From Octopus sinensis (lineage: Eukaryota), in assembly GCF_006345805.1 (NCBI RefSeq), contig NC_043003.1:2728001-2792000 (forward strand): DNA of 64,000 nucleotides, read 5' to 3'. Positions within the stretch are counted from its first letter, which is position 1. Each line of letters opens with the position of its first letter. Positions 36,432-49,382 of this stretch are shown one piece after another. The notes under the pieces were generated by a model. The model worked only from the letters and a program-made list of their open reading frames with translations. It did not search any database and was not told the origin of the DNA. A program made the translations under genes and the position numbers.

Positions 36432-37467
36432 GTCAGTTGGCAGACGTCGGAGCTAGAAGCTTACTAAATTACTTTTGCACTAGGAACTAAGAAACATGAT
36501 GGTGAAGCTGCATGGCTTTGTGGCTAGGGTATTCAGCTCACAGCCATCAGGTTGTGAGTTCAAGTTCCAGCAATGCATTGTATCCTTGAGCAAGACACTT
36601 TATTCCACGTTGCTCTTGTCCACTCAGCTGGCAAAAAACGAGCTGTACCTCTATCTCAAAAGACCAGCTTTACCACATTCTGTGTTAGGCTGAATCTTCT
36701 TGAGAACTACATTAAGGGTACACGTGTCTGTGGAGCGCTCATCCACTTGCACGGTAATTTCGGGAGCAGGCTGTTCCATTGATCGGATCAACTGGAACCC
36801 TCATCATCATAACTGATGGAGTACCAGTGTTCTCCTGGTGCTATTATACGATAGAAAAATACAAGAGGCATGAAAAAGATATTTAGACGTATTACTGAAG
36901 CATGTGGTTATTATAAATATGGAACAACTGATGCCAAATGGAGACGACTTTAACTCCTCTTCGGTCATATTTCTAATAAAACACTGCTTTATGTATCTCT
37001 TATTATAAAAGGCAGATTTTATCTGCCTCCCTTTGGGAGTTATACAAATCTACAATATAGGATTTCTTCAATTACAATTTACCTAGCAGTTTTAAGAGTA
37101 CAATGCATCGCGTCATGCCAGGTCCAGTTTTTAAAATTTAAACTCCAATTAAGCAAAATTTACAGAAAACTCACATTCTGGTGTGTGTGTCAAATGCTTT
37201 TCTTAGTCTGGTTTACACCACACGCAAACGCACACACACAGTGGGCAACGAATAAAATGAAAGTAATTGACTTACTGTAGTGAGTGATTCTTTCACTCTG
37301 CCTCCCACTTCCTCTTTCCACATATACACACGCAAATATATAAATAAAATTGTAAGCTAACGTGCGTGGGTGTGCGCGTGTGTGAGGGTGTGTGTGTGTG
37401 CGTGTGCGTGAGTGTGTGACAGGAAAGTTTTTTACGACGAATATAACACCTATATCCAAGTAGCAGA

Positions 37468-37735
37468 AAGATAAGACAGTAAGGTGTGATTTGAGGGAGA
37501 TTTGGCTGCTATTTCTACCATGTCTAGCTGCCATGTAGGGGTCTCCCTCATAGGCTCATACATACATATATACATAGATAAGACAGTAAGGTGTGATTTG
37601 GGGGAAATTTGGCTGCTATTTCTACCAGGTCTAGCTACCATGTAGAGGTCCCCCTCATTGGCTCATATATATATACATACATAAGACAGTAAGGTGTGAT
37701 TTGAGGGAGATTTGGCTGCTGTTTCTACCAGGTCT
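37468..37735 (+). repeat. Three tandem ~105-bp units (AAGACAGTAAGGTGTGATTTGAGGGAGATTTGGCTGC...)
   Basis: Directly visible near 37470, 37578 and 37682; the third unit is truncated. Confidence 0.85.
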
Positions 37736-38102
37736 GTTAGGCCTTCTCATGTAAACTCAAGCTTTCTCATGCCTTGAACATAAGACCAAAGCAGAGAATG
37801 TATTCTTTTATTCTTCTGCTTTTTCCAGCCATTGGTCTGTGGCCATGCTGGGGCAATGCCTTGAAGAATTGTAGTTTAATGAATCAACTCCAGTTTTATT
37901 TTTGTAAGCATTGTACTTATTCTATCTGTTTCCTTTGTCAAACCACTAGGTGACAGGGATGTAAACAAACCAACATTCGTTGTCAAGCAGTGGTGGAGGA
38001 CAATCACAAGCACAGACACGCACACACACACACATACATGCATGCACATATACACACATACATACATACATACATATATATATATGTGTGTATATATATA
38101 TA

Positions 38103-38361
38103 TTGCAGCCTGGAAGGTGTTTGTAAGCCATTTAAGAAACACACAAAAACCGTTAGATTCACTTCAACATTTAAATTTAATTTGCCAAAATATTTTCGTC
38201 GCTTTGAGACCGCGACCTGTTCACTGACAAAAATATCGTGCTAACAGGTCGCGGTCTCAAAGCGACGAAAATATTTTGACAAATTAAATTTAAATGTTGA
38301 AGTGAATCTAACGGTTTTTGTGTGTTTCTTAAATGGCTTATAAACACCTTCAACGCTGCAA
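38103..38361. repeat. Near-perfect palindrome with 119-bp arms and a 21-nt loop
   Basis: 38103-38221 is the reverse complement of 38243-38361 with about 4 mismatches. Confidence 0.95.
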
Positions 38362-38523
38362 CTGTTTTCGTTCCAGCACACGATCTCAGATCAAGTCACT
38401 TGCTATGCAAGTACATCTCTGTAACTATATATATATTTATATATATATATATATGTATATTGGTAAAAACAGTAAGATAACAAAAGAAAGAAAGAGACCT
38501 CAATATTATGTAAATAGAGGAAA

Positions 38524-38918
38524 TCTTTATATATAAAAGTGAGGTTGTGTGTCTGTCTCCTACGATTTAGATTCCTAACTACTCCCACATTTTGCGGTGC
38601 AGTTTAACCAAAACCGGGTATCTTATAGTCGTGATTCATATCGAGACCGTCTGGGTATTAGCGCGCGTCTACGATGAGTCTACGATTTAAAAAAAAATTT
38701 ACCATCAATTTTTCCCATTTTTAATCCATTTTTGACATATATAAGGGAAGTAACTCTCTAAAATTTATTATTAAATCTCAGAACGTAAAAAGCTACAGTA
38801 ACACCCCTCCCCCTTTGTGGTTAGCCATATTGAGATGGCTATTATACTTTACATCTCTAAAAATGCTTATATAATTATTTCCCTTACAAACCCGAGCAAC
38901 GCCGGGCGATACTGCTAG
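38524..38918 (+). mobile_element. Non-autonomous Helitron
   Basis: A|TCTTTATATATAAAAG 5' end; subterminal hairpin CCCGAGCAACGCCGGG followed by CTAG|T; no TSD. Confidence 0.8.
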
Positions 38919-39244
38919 TATCAATTAAAATAACCAAGAAACTGAAGGAATTTAATAAAATATCATCTCCATTATTTAGTTTGGAAAATACATAAAGTTT
39001 CTCATGTAAAATTATGGTAAAAAGATTAAACTGACATCAAACACTTTAAAAGAGGTGAATTTATATTATATGAATTGTGCCAAATGTTGGCTTGAAATGG
39101 TAGTCATTTTACTAATTCCTGCTGAATTCTTGATCATTTTCAAAACTAACTGAAACTCCAAGATTATATATTTCATGAAAGATATATAAAGCAAAAGAAT
39201 CAAGACTAAATATTTCTTTTTTCTTTATTTCTTTAAAAGTTTTG

Positions 39245-41988
39245 TTATAATAATTTGCTCATATACATTCCAAATATCTGAAGAAGGACCAAAAACGTCA
39301 TCATTGGAACAGTCACATGATTTTCTGGACCACCTTCTGCAAAGAAAATAAAGAGAAAGGCTCATTACTCAGTTAATGTATTAATACAAGTTTGACACTA
39401 AAAGACAAGCAAAATAAATGGCAGATTGGGGGAGGAGGAGATGATAGGGGTGGCAGGGGTGAGCCCCAAGCCATCCCTAATCAAGCAGACCCATGTCCAA
39501 AGGTATTCTAGTCGTGGCCATCTGGTCTTCTTTTTGGCACAAGCTGTATCTAGGTCACTGATTCTCAACCCTTTTAATATCCAGGCCAGATCCCAAACCA
39601 GGACTTTTATTTTAGGGGTCTGCACAAACAAATGTAAAACACAAGTCAATTAAAGAAAATTTGATTATAGAGGGAAGACTGCCAGGGGCTGCTGGAAGGA
39701 CGCTTGAGGGGAACATGTGGCCCTAGGAGCTGCAGTCAAGAACTGCTTGTCTAAGTTCACATTAACCAACATATCCCTGTTTTCTTTAAGGGTGTAATTT
39801 TGAGTGAGATTTGGTCGCCATCTTCAGCAGTTTGAGCAACCATTTACTGTACCAAATACAGTGTGGATTATAAATATACAAAGTCACTTCTATAAATATG
39901 TTTCTTCAGAAAATACCATAAACAGTTTACTTGGGAACTGATGAATTCAAAATAAATCAAAAATATTGAGAGAGGAATACTTACTGCAGCCAAGAAAATC
40001 ATGAAGTTTCACAGACAGTTGGTGGACTGTTTCACAATATCTACAAAATGGAATAATAAAACAAGTTAAATTTAATCCTTTGGCATTCAGATTACGCTCT
40101 TAAATCTAATCCTTATTTAATCACATTGTTTTGAATCAACCATGCATTGTCTCATAGCTTCAAGGTTTCAATAATGTAACTATTTATTTTTAGAATAACA
40201 TTATAGTGTTGCTATGAGAAGTCAGATTTGGTCAACTTGAGCACAAACCAAGCAGAACATTTGAGCTGGACAATGCTGGTTTAACCCTTCCGTTACCAAC
40301 CCAGCTGAAACCACCTCTGGTTCTATAGTACAAATGTCTTGTTTTCACAAGTTTTGAATTAAAATCTTCCACCAAACCTTAGTCACAATTTATGTTCCTA
40401 ACACTAGCTGAATGATAACTAAGTTTTTTAACTAAATTCTTTGTTATATTTAAAATTAATTGAAAGAAGCACAAAGCATCTCAACAGAAATACGGTAATG
40501 AAAGGGTTAAGATGATGAAGGGTTAAGCTATTGTTATGGATATTCATCAAAGTGTTCATGTGAGCAGAATTGTTAGAGAGTCAGGCAAAGTAACTACCAG
40601 AATTTAGTTACAGCCATTTAGATTCTGCATTCAATTCAGTTGTATTTAGCTTTCCATTCTTCCAGGGTTGACAGAATTCCAGTTGTGTACTTGCACACTT
40701 GAATTACTCTGTCAAATGTAATGTGTATTTATTTGCATCGTGTTTAGTCATGATATATTGTCATCATGTTACTGGTGTTGGGGTGAGGTTGGCTAGGGGG
40801 TCCCTGTGCAAGGGTCTTTGTCTTCATTATGTTTGTGGTCAGACTAAAGCAGACATACAAATTTTCAAAGAGGTTCACAGCCTCCTGAAGATAGGAAACT
40901 GAATGTGTGGGAGGCTTTCCCGTTCTTTGGAAGCTACCTGTCCAGTGATTGCACCATTCAGGAAGACAACAAGAATAGGATCAGCACAACCTGTAAGCCA
41001 CTGTCAATGCCTCTTTGTGGGATTGGCTTCAGGCGCCAGACCACGCAAGGACCCCAAAATGTGTTTCCGATGCCAGCTCACGGATACTCTCCTTTGCTGC
41101 TCCATTAACCCAAGGACCCTCTAAAGTGGCATTATGTCATTGTGGGAACAGACCAGATAGAAAATAATAGACGCCAAGGGGGCAGGGATCAGATGTCAAA
41201 GACACAAAAAGCCTGAGCAACCACCTCAGGCACCAGCACCCATCAGGATGAAGAGGCTCAACCCCTCATTACAGATTAACTATTCAGATACAAGTTATTG
41301 CCAACGGAGTCAGTATATATTGTCAATACAGCGAGGTTGTTGCCAGTGTCACTGGACTGGCTCCTGTGCAGGTGGCACATAAAAAGCACCATTTGAGCAT
41401 GGCCGTTGCCAGTACCACCTGACTGGCTCCTATGCCAGTGGCACGTAAAAAGCACCCACTACACTCTTGGAGTGGTTGGCGTTAGGAAGGGCATCAAGCT
41501 GTAGAAACTCTGCTAGATCAAGATTGGAGCCTGGTGCAGCCATCTGGTTCGCCACACCTCAGTCAAATCGTCCAACCCATGCTAGCATGGAAAGCGGACG
41601 TTAAACAATGATGATGATATATATATATATAGGTGTGGAAAGGTTGAATGTAGATTCATCCTTTACTTTGGAGGTTTCCAAAAAAGATTTCTAATGTTGA
41701 TTCTTCATATTTTACTGGGAGTTTACAGGCATAAATTTGTGAAGATATAAAGATAATACTTGTATAGGATGTGTTGTGAATTTATGGAAAGAAATCCTAT
41801 AAAACTCAACAATTTAGTTAAAAAGGGAGAAGAGAAGTTGTTAAGATACAGAAGAGAATTTTAATTCATGCAGACAATCGTTTCATACAGAGATATAAAA
41901 TTCATGATTGAATTAAATTAAATTAAATTAATTAATTATATAACAGTGTACTCTTCAGTGCAGGAAGTATATATATATATATATATAT

Positions 41989-42027
<39 letters not shown>

Positions 42028-45000
42028 CGAGGTCTGATCAATAAGTATCCAGATTGTTGCTATAGTAACAAAGCTAAAGTACACAGAGTAAGGCCCTTTG
42101 ACAAAGATTGACCTTGAACTCTGCTGTGCATGTGCACTAAGTTTTAATGTTCTACCTCACTTCTGTTGTATACAGCAGTGCTTGGAAGGAAGGTGTGTAG
42201 CATGTGATCGTCGCATTGATCTTGACAGAGAAAGTTGTCATGGCAACACTTGCTCAGAGGTTTATGCAGAGTTGCAGAAAGTATATGGAGAGCAGTGTAT
42301 GAGCTGTACACAAGTGTATGAGTGGTTCAGATGTTCCCAAGATGGCTGCAAAAATGTCGATAGTGATGAACGTTCTGGGAGACCCACAACCAGCAGAAGT
42401 GAGAAAAGCATCGCAGCTGTGAGGGGAAATCATCGAATCATCATCTGTGAGTTATCAGAGGCTGTGCAGATTAGTTGTGGTTCAGTTCAGTCCATTATCC
42501 CTGAAGGTTTGGGTATGAGATTTGTGTCTGCTAAGTTAGTGCCAAAACTGCTTTCAGCTGACCTAAAAGACACTTGGGTTTCAGTCGCACAAGATTTCCT
42601 TGATTGTGTCGAGAACAAAGAAAGCTTTGCATAAGGCCTCTGAGCAGGTATCATCATGCTTTTGGCAAAATTCGATGCAGATTCTCTGCTCAACTTTTTT
42701 CTGTAATGGTCAATGTGACAATCACACGCTACATACCTTCCTTCCAAGCACTGCTGTAAACAGCGGAAGTGAGCCAGAATGTTAAAACTTAGTGCACATG
42801 CACAGCAGAGTTCAAGGCCAACAGGTGCCAAATGGCTTCACTCTGCTTGCTTTAGCTTCGTTACTATGGCAACAGTCCAGATACTTATTCATCAGACCAT
42901 GTATTTGGTGGATTTTAATAACAAATTTTTACTGAAATGTTAAATAGTAAATGTTAACGATCCATTAATTACAGTACTAGAGATGGAATCTAATGATCTT
43001 ACCCGGTGCCAATGGAGACTTTATCTGTTTCTGCAGCATTAACTCCAATCTTAGTTGAACAGACTACAAAATTAAGAACAAGAAATTCGAAAATACATTC
43101 AAATGTTTACATATTTTTTTGCTTAGCCACTCTATAGGGCAGTGGTTCTTCTAGACTGACCGTTCTATGTCCATGCCAAGTAATATAAACGAGAGAAACG
43201 TTGTAAACGTATCGCTGTGGTCATTTGATACATTGTACCTAACGACCTTCTGATCCCTATTCCCCTCCCCACACTATATTTCAACCCTTCACCTCAATGG
43301 TAATTCTTTGTGTGGTTGTTTGATGGACGCATTGATACCTTCCTGTTCCACTTCCCAAAAGTTCACCATCGTTCACCTCATGTCTTGTTTTCTCACCATC
43401 CTAAGCCATTCCTGTTGCATGGCCTTCAGTTTTGCCACCATACCAAACCAAACCCTCATTTTCCTACATTTCCTCACTCCCAGAGAAATAAAATTCCACA
43501 TTCCCACATTCCTCTCATGGAATTCTTTACAATGTTCCAAACTTTCTACTGATTAATGTTTTTCTGGAGGCGCAATGGCCCAGTGGTTAGGGTAGCGGAC
43601 TCGCGGTCATAGGATCGCGGTTTCGATTCCCAGACCGGGCGTTGTGAGTGTTTATTGAGTGAAAACACCTAAAGCTCCACGAGGCTCCAGCAGGGGATGG
43701 TGGTGATCCCTGCTGTACTCTTTCACCACAACTTTCTCTCACTCTTACTTCCTGTTTCTGTTGTACCTGTATTTCAAAGGGCCGGCCTTGTCACTCTCTG
43801 TGTCACGCTGAATATCCCCGAGAACTACGTTAAGGGTACACGTGTCTGTGGAGTGCTCAGCCATTTGCACGTTAATTTCACGAGCAGGCTGTTCCGTTGA
43901 TTCGGATCAACCGGAACCCTCGTCGTCGTAACCGACGGAGTGCTTCCACCAATGTTTTTCTGCCAGATTCTGCTTTCACTAAACTTTAATGTTTATTTTC
44001 AAACTATTTCACAATAAAACAATATTCTATTCCTGACATTAGAACGATTTTAGACAATGGTTAAAATTCTGTTAGCAAAGCAAACCGACTAAAGTCTGTG
44101 TTACTAGTTTAGTGTAAAGTGACCAACTGGCAGACTCGTTGGCAGACTTAGCGGCATTTCATTTATCTTCATGTTCTGAATTCAACTTTACCTTTCATCC
44201 TTTCAGGGTTGATAAAATAATTATCAGTAAAGCACTGAGGTTGATGTAATTAGCTTCCACCCGGCCTGAAACTGCTGGCCTTGGGCTAAAATTTGTAACC
44301 AATGTTTGTTAGGTTAGTGAACCTGTTTTCATAATTTTGGTAGCTCAATGAACTGGTTGTTTAAATTATGGCAGGCCGTCACTGTATGTGACAGTAACCA
44401 AAGTTTGACTAGGGTTTTCATGAAAGAAATAGAAACCCAATTAGGGTCTGCAGGAGCAAAGAGAAGCTAAGAAAGTTTGCAAAATTACATAAGAGGAGGA
44501 CATCATAGAATTGCAGAAAGACCTGAATGCAATCTACAAATGGGAAAATAAAGATAACATCCAGTCCAATGCTATGAAATTTCAGGCAGTCCACTATCGG
44601 TCCAACACCAGGCTAAAATCGGAATACACTGGACCAGAAGGTAATACGATCCCAGAGTCAGAGTCGGTGTATGACCTGGGGGCTCACATGAGCAATGATG
44701 CAACATTACATGTCCATGGCAACACTGTGGAGGCGAGTGGCTGGCTGGATTCTGAGGACATTCAGAGCCAGGAAAAAGGAGGCCCTGCTACTCCGACGGG
44801 AGACTTTCGTTCTCAGCCGCTTGGACTACTGCTCTCAGCTATGGTCCCCAGAGAGTGTGAAACAAACTGTGGAACTCGAAGCAATCCAGCGCCAATACAC
44901 AAAGAAGATTGATTTGATGCAAAAGATGGGAAACTGGGAGAGGATAAAGGAGGTGAGTCTCTGTTCCCTGGAGAGAAAACGAGAGAGAGATGCAGTGAGA

Positions 45001-46088
45001 TATATTTGGAAGAACTTGGAGGATTTAGCTTCCAATTTTGGAATTAACAATTATATCAATCCTCAAACTGGATGGCACTGCATCATACCAAAGATCGTGT
45101 CTTCCCCATCTAAAATAAGGACACAGTACAATAATTGTCTGGGTTTCAAGGGCCCACAATTGTTCAACATCCTTCCAGGCAACCTTAGAGATCTACATGG
45201 TGTTGATGTGGAAGTTACCAAGGAACGTCTGGACAAGTTTCTGTCTGAGACACCAGATGAACCCACATGGCGGCAGGAGACACAAAGAAGAGCAGCTCTG
45301 TCCAACTTGCTACTTCACCAAAAACATTACCGGAAACAACACAGAGTAACTACATGTGGTGCTCCAGCATGACCGCAGCCCTGGGCTGAAATCAGCAAAA
45401 GATTAAAGTTCATACTCTTGCTTATTTGCCTACAAAATAACCCAGAGCGATTGCCAATAAAACCAAAATCCAATAAAACATGTGAATCTGTAACTACAGT
45501 CAGTAATAATCCCTTTCCATGATAGACAGAAGGCCTGGAATCTTAAAGGAGAAAGTTATAATAATAATAATAATGAAATTATTGTATACAGTGCTCAGGT
45601 GCACCACAACTTGTCAGAAAGTGCATATAGAGTATATGCAGTAATGTACAAATGTCTGGAAAGCGAACAGTGTATGAGTCAGATACATGCTTGCGTGTGT
45701 ATGGAGGGGAGAAAATCAGGTGTAGTGTTGGCGAATCTCAGGAAGCATGGAAGTGTTGAAGGATGCAGTGCTCCGACAACTAACAACTGATGCTGGCAGT
45801 CCGTTCCATGCTTCAGCAATTCTTAGCGTGAAAAAATGTTTTGACCCCAGTGTTCACCTGGTACTCTATTTCATTGACCCTGAAAGGACGAAAGGTAAAG
45901 TCGACCATCGTGGAATTTGAACCCTGAGGAAATGCCACGAAGCATTTCACCTGGCATGCTAGCAATTCTGCCAGCTCACCGGATCATTTACCAATATACC
46001 GTCTTTACAATAAGGCATAAAAATGTTAAATATAAATACACATACCTATTAGAATTAAGAACAAAGCAAGGTAATATCCTTTCGTCAT
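39245..46088 (-). CDS. Putative 83-aa secreted, GPI-anchored or single-pass small protein, 4 exons (no family recognised)
   Basis: Exons 46046-46088, 43003-43063, 39985-40040 and 39245-39336. Donors GTATGT, GTAAGA, GTAAGT; pyrimidine-rich TAG, TAG, CAG acceptors; phases 1-2-1 give MTKGYYLALFLILIVCSTKIGVNAAETDKVSIGTGYCETVHQLSVKLHDFLGCKGGPENHVTVPMMTFLVLLQIFGMYMSKLL*. Start context CAAAATG. No homology evidence. Confidence 0.5.
40890..41300 (+). mobile_element. Decayed RTE-clade LINE fragment
   Basis: Peptide FPFFGSYLSSDCTIQEDNKNRI resembles RTE RT F.YLGS.LS....I..EI..RI; interrupted by stops and frameshifts. Confidence 0.6.
42028..42901 (+). mobile_element. Second copy of the long-TIR deleted mariner, in the opposite orientation to 4048-4918
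   Basis: TA|CGAGGTCTGATCAATAAGT ... ACTTATTCATCAGACCATG|TA; transposase remnant SEVYAELQKVYGEQCMSCTQVYEWF...DERSGRP...VSAKLVPKLL. Confidence 0.9.
43567..43950 (+). mobile_element. Intact young tRNA-derived SINE with a 12-bp target-site duplication
   Basis: A box TGGCCCAGTGG, B box GGTTTCGATTCC; AATGTTTTTCTG at both 43555-43566 and 43951-43962. Confidence 0.85.
44500..45360 (+). mobile_element. 5'-truncated, frameshifted CR1-type LINE ORF2 (C-terminal part of the RT)
   Basis: LQKDLNAIYKW...KFQAVH...YDLG in one frame, then FVLSRLDYCSQLWSP...LEAIQR...SLERKRER...YIWK...FN.LP in another. Confidence 0.85.
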
Positions 46089-49000
46089 TTTGGCTGGTAA
46101 ACTATATTCTGTTGCTTTCCACTCTAATTTATCTTTTTAATTGTTGAATATATCAAATATTTGGATAATAAAATAACAGCAGTCAACTTAATGCATGTTT
46201 AGTGAACAATAGATAATAAGGAGGAAAAACAACAACAAAAACAAACAGCAAAAGCGGTTTTTAGTGGTGAACAAAAGTCAATATTTCTTATCTGTTTGTA
46301 GGAAATTGTGTCAAAAACCAACTCTGCCATTATCTTTGGCATTTGAATTTTGACCTAATTGTTTCAAATTTTAATAGGTCTACAATTTTGAGGGGAGGGG
46401 GTTGGTAGATTACACTAACCCCAGTACTTGACTGGTACTTTGGTTTATCGATCCTGCAATGGTGAGAGGCGAAATCAAACTGGGTGGGACTTGAACTTAT
46501 AGCTTAATGAATCAGAAGAAATGTCGTTAAGCGTTTTATTCGATATTCTAACGATTTCACCAAATAAAACTGTGTAAGAATTTGTTGAATTCTGGGAGTC
46601 AAGAGGAGAAGAAATGGTGGAACTGTAATTATAGAATATTATACAGTAGGATAGACTCAAGCTGACCAAAGCCTCGTGAATGGATTTGGTAGATGGAAAC
46701 TGAAAGAAGCCCATCGTATACATATGTACATATGTATGCATGCATGTATGTATGTATGTATATATGTATGAATGTGTGCATGTATGTATGTATATATGGA
46801 TGTATGACTGTATGTATGTATGAATGTGTGTATGTATATATGTATGTATGCATGTATGTATGTATGTATGTATAATAATAATAATATAATAATAATAATA
46901 ATTGTGTACAGTGCTCAGGTGCACTACAACTCATCTAAAGTGTATATATAATCAGGTGTAGTTTCGACGGATTTCGGGAAGCATGAGGGCCTTAAAGGAT
47001 GCAGTGTCATGGCAGTCAACAACTGATGCAGGCAGTTTATTATGAATGTGTGTATGTATGTATGCATATATGTATATATGAATGTATGTATGCATGTATC
47101 TATGTATGCATGCATGTATGTAAGTGTGTATGTATGTATGTATGTATGTATGCATGCATGCATGCATGTATATATGTATGAATGTGTGTATGTATGTATA
47201 TATGAATGTATGTATGTATGCATGCTTGCATGTGTGTGTATGTATGTGTGTATGTATGCATGCATGTATGTATGTGTGTAAGTATGCATGCATGAATGTA
47301 TGTCTGTATGCATTTACGTATGTATATGTGTGTGTGTCTTTGTGTCTGTGTTTCTCACTCGATAACTGGTTTTGGTGTGTTTAAGTCTTTGTAACTTAGC
47401 TGTTCAGCAAAAGAGATCAATAGAACAAGTATCATGCTTTAAAAAAGCAATAAGTCCTGGGCCTCAATTCATTCAACTAAAAATTCTTCAAGGCAATGCC
47501 CCAGCATGGCCACACTCTAATCACTGAAACAAGTAAAAGATGAGAGATCCCAGCACAAGGCAATGCCCCAGCATGGCCACAGTCTAATCACTGAAAATAG
47601 TAAAAGATTAAAGATAAGAGATAAAAGATTATCTCTGAAAGTTGTCAACTTTCTTACATAAAGGAAATTTATTGGAAAATTATTTCCCTTTACACTGTCG
47701 TGCATAAGCCAGGCACCTGCTGTCAGTAAATACTCAGGGTAGGCAGTTGGTGCTGTTTATGTAGTAAAACAGAAAAAAAATCAAAACACAGGGAAGCGAC
47801 TGAGTTGGAGGCAGATTTACTTCTGCCTTTCATCATCATCATTTAAGATTTGCTTTCCACGCTGGCATGGGTTCGACGATTTTGACTGAGGTCTGGCAAA
47901 CCAGATGGCTACACCAGGCTTCAATCTTGATCTGGCAGTGTTTCTACAGCTTGATGCCCTTCCTAACGCCAACCACTCCGAGAGTGTAGTGGGTGCTTTT
48001 ACATGACACTGGCACGAGGGCTAGTCAGGAGGTACTGGCAAGAGCCATGCTCAAATGGTCTTTTTTTACATGCTACCTGCACAGGAGCCAGTCCAGTGGC
48101 ACTGGCAACAACCTCGCTCGAATATTTTTCATGTGCCACCAGCACAAGCACCAGTAAGGTGACGCAGGTAATGATCACGCTTAAATGGTGCTTTTTACGT
48201 GCATGGAAGCCAGATGGTGCTCTTAGCGCTCCACTAGCACAGATGTCAGTCATTGAATTTGCTTTCGATTTCACTTGCCTCAACAGTTCTTCGCAAGCAG
48301 AGTTTAGTGTCCAATGAAGGAAAGGCACACATAAGTGGGCTGGTTACACCCCTAGCATAGGCCATGGGTTATGGTCTCACTTGGCTTGCCGAGTTTTCTC
48401 AAGGACAGCATATTTCCAAAGGTCTTGGTCACTAGTCATTGCCTCAGTGAGGCCTAATGTTCGAAGGTTATGCTTCACCACTTCATCCCAGGTCTTCCTA
48501 GGTCTACCTCTTCCACTTTTTCACAGGATCTGGTTTGACTTTTGTCCTTTGATGAAAAGACACCCAACGGATTTTACTTGGTCAGTACAGAACTGATATT
48601 CCTTTTAAGCCAATATTTCTACACTGTTGCAAGACAGTGTAGAAATATTTGTAATGTTTGCTTCCTAATTTAGAGTACACCAGTGTCACATAACCAGTCC
48701 ACTCAAAAGTACCTTGGATCGTAGGGTGACATGCCATGCTTGAGGAGACCTATTGAGTCAAGTACACCAAAATCAAATGGAAATTGTAGTAATGATCCCT
48801 GTGCCGGTGGCACATAAAAAGCACCATCCGAACGTGGCTGATGCCAGCACCACCTTGACTGGCTTCCGTGCCAGTGGCACGTAAAAAGCACCAACCGAAC
48901 ATTATGTTATTTTGGTACAGTTTCTATGGCTGGGTGCCTTTCCTAATGCCAACCACTTTAAAAAGTGTAGCAGCTGCTTTTTATGTGGCACCAGCACTGA

Positions 49001-49299
49001 CAGGGTCACCAAGTACATTGCAAGACAAAAAACCCTCATCTGAGAGTGGTGAGGTATATTGAGAAGCCAGTTGAGAGATTTAAGGCAAGCAGGGAACAGG
49101 AATAGATGCCTCGTTGTAGTGTGATACTGGAAAGTTTCCAGGAGGATAATTCTTTGTAGAAATACTAATGACATCACAAAACAGAAATCATTGAAGTGGA
49201 AGAATGCAGCTGAAGATGTTTAATGGTGTTAAACAAGAAAAATGAAAAATAACCCAAAGCATTTTGGATAGGTTAATCAACATGTATAAAGATTATAAA

Positions 49300-49305
49300 T
49301 TTATT
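49300..49305 (-). terminator. Candidate PARS2 polyadenylation signal
   Basis: AATAAA on the minus strand about 80 nt past the stop codon. Confidence 0.45.
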
Positions 49306-49382
49306 AATCAGGGGTCATATTACAAAAAAATAATTCTAAAATCAGTTTTTCAACAATTTAAATATTAAATACAAACAAATCT

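Noticed and set aside
43567-43645. tRNA-like sequences with A and B boxes (also at 19880, 24005, 26068 and others)
   Set aside because: No complete cloverleaf or acceptor stem; each continues into a repeated SINE body.
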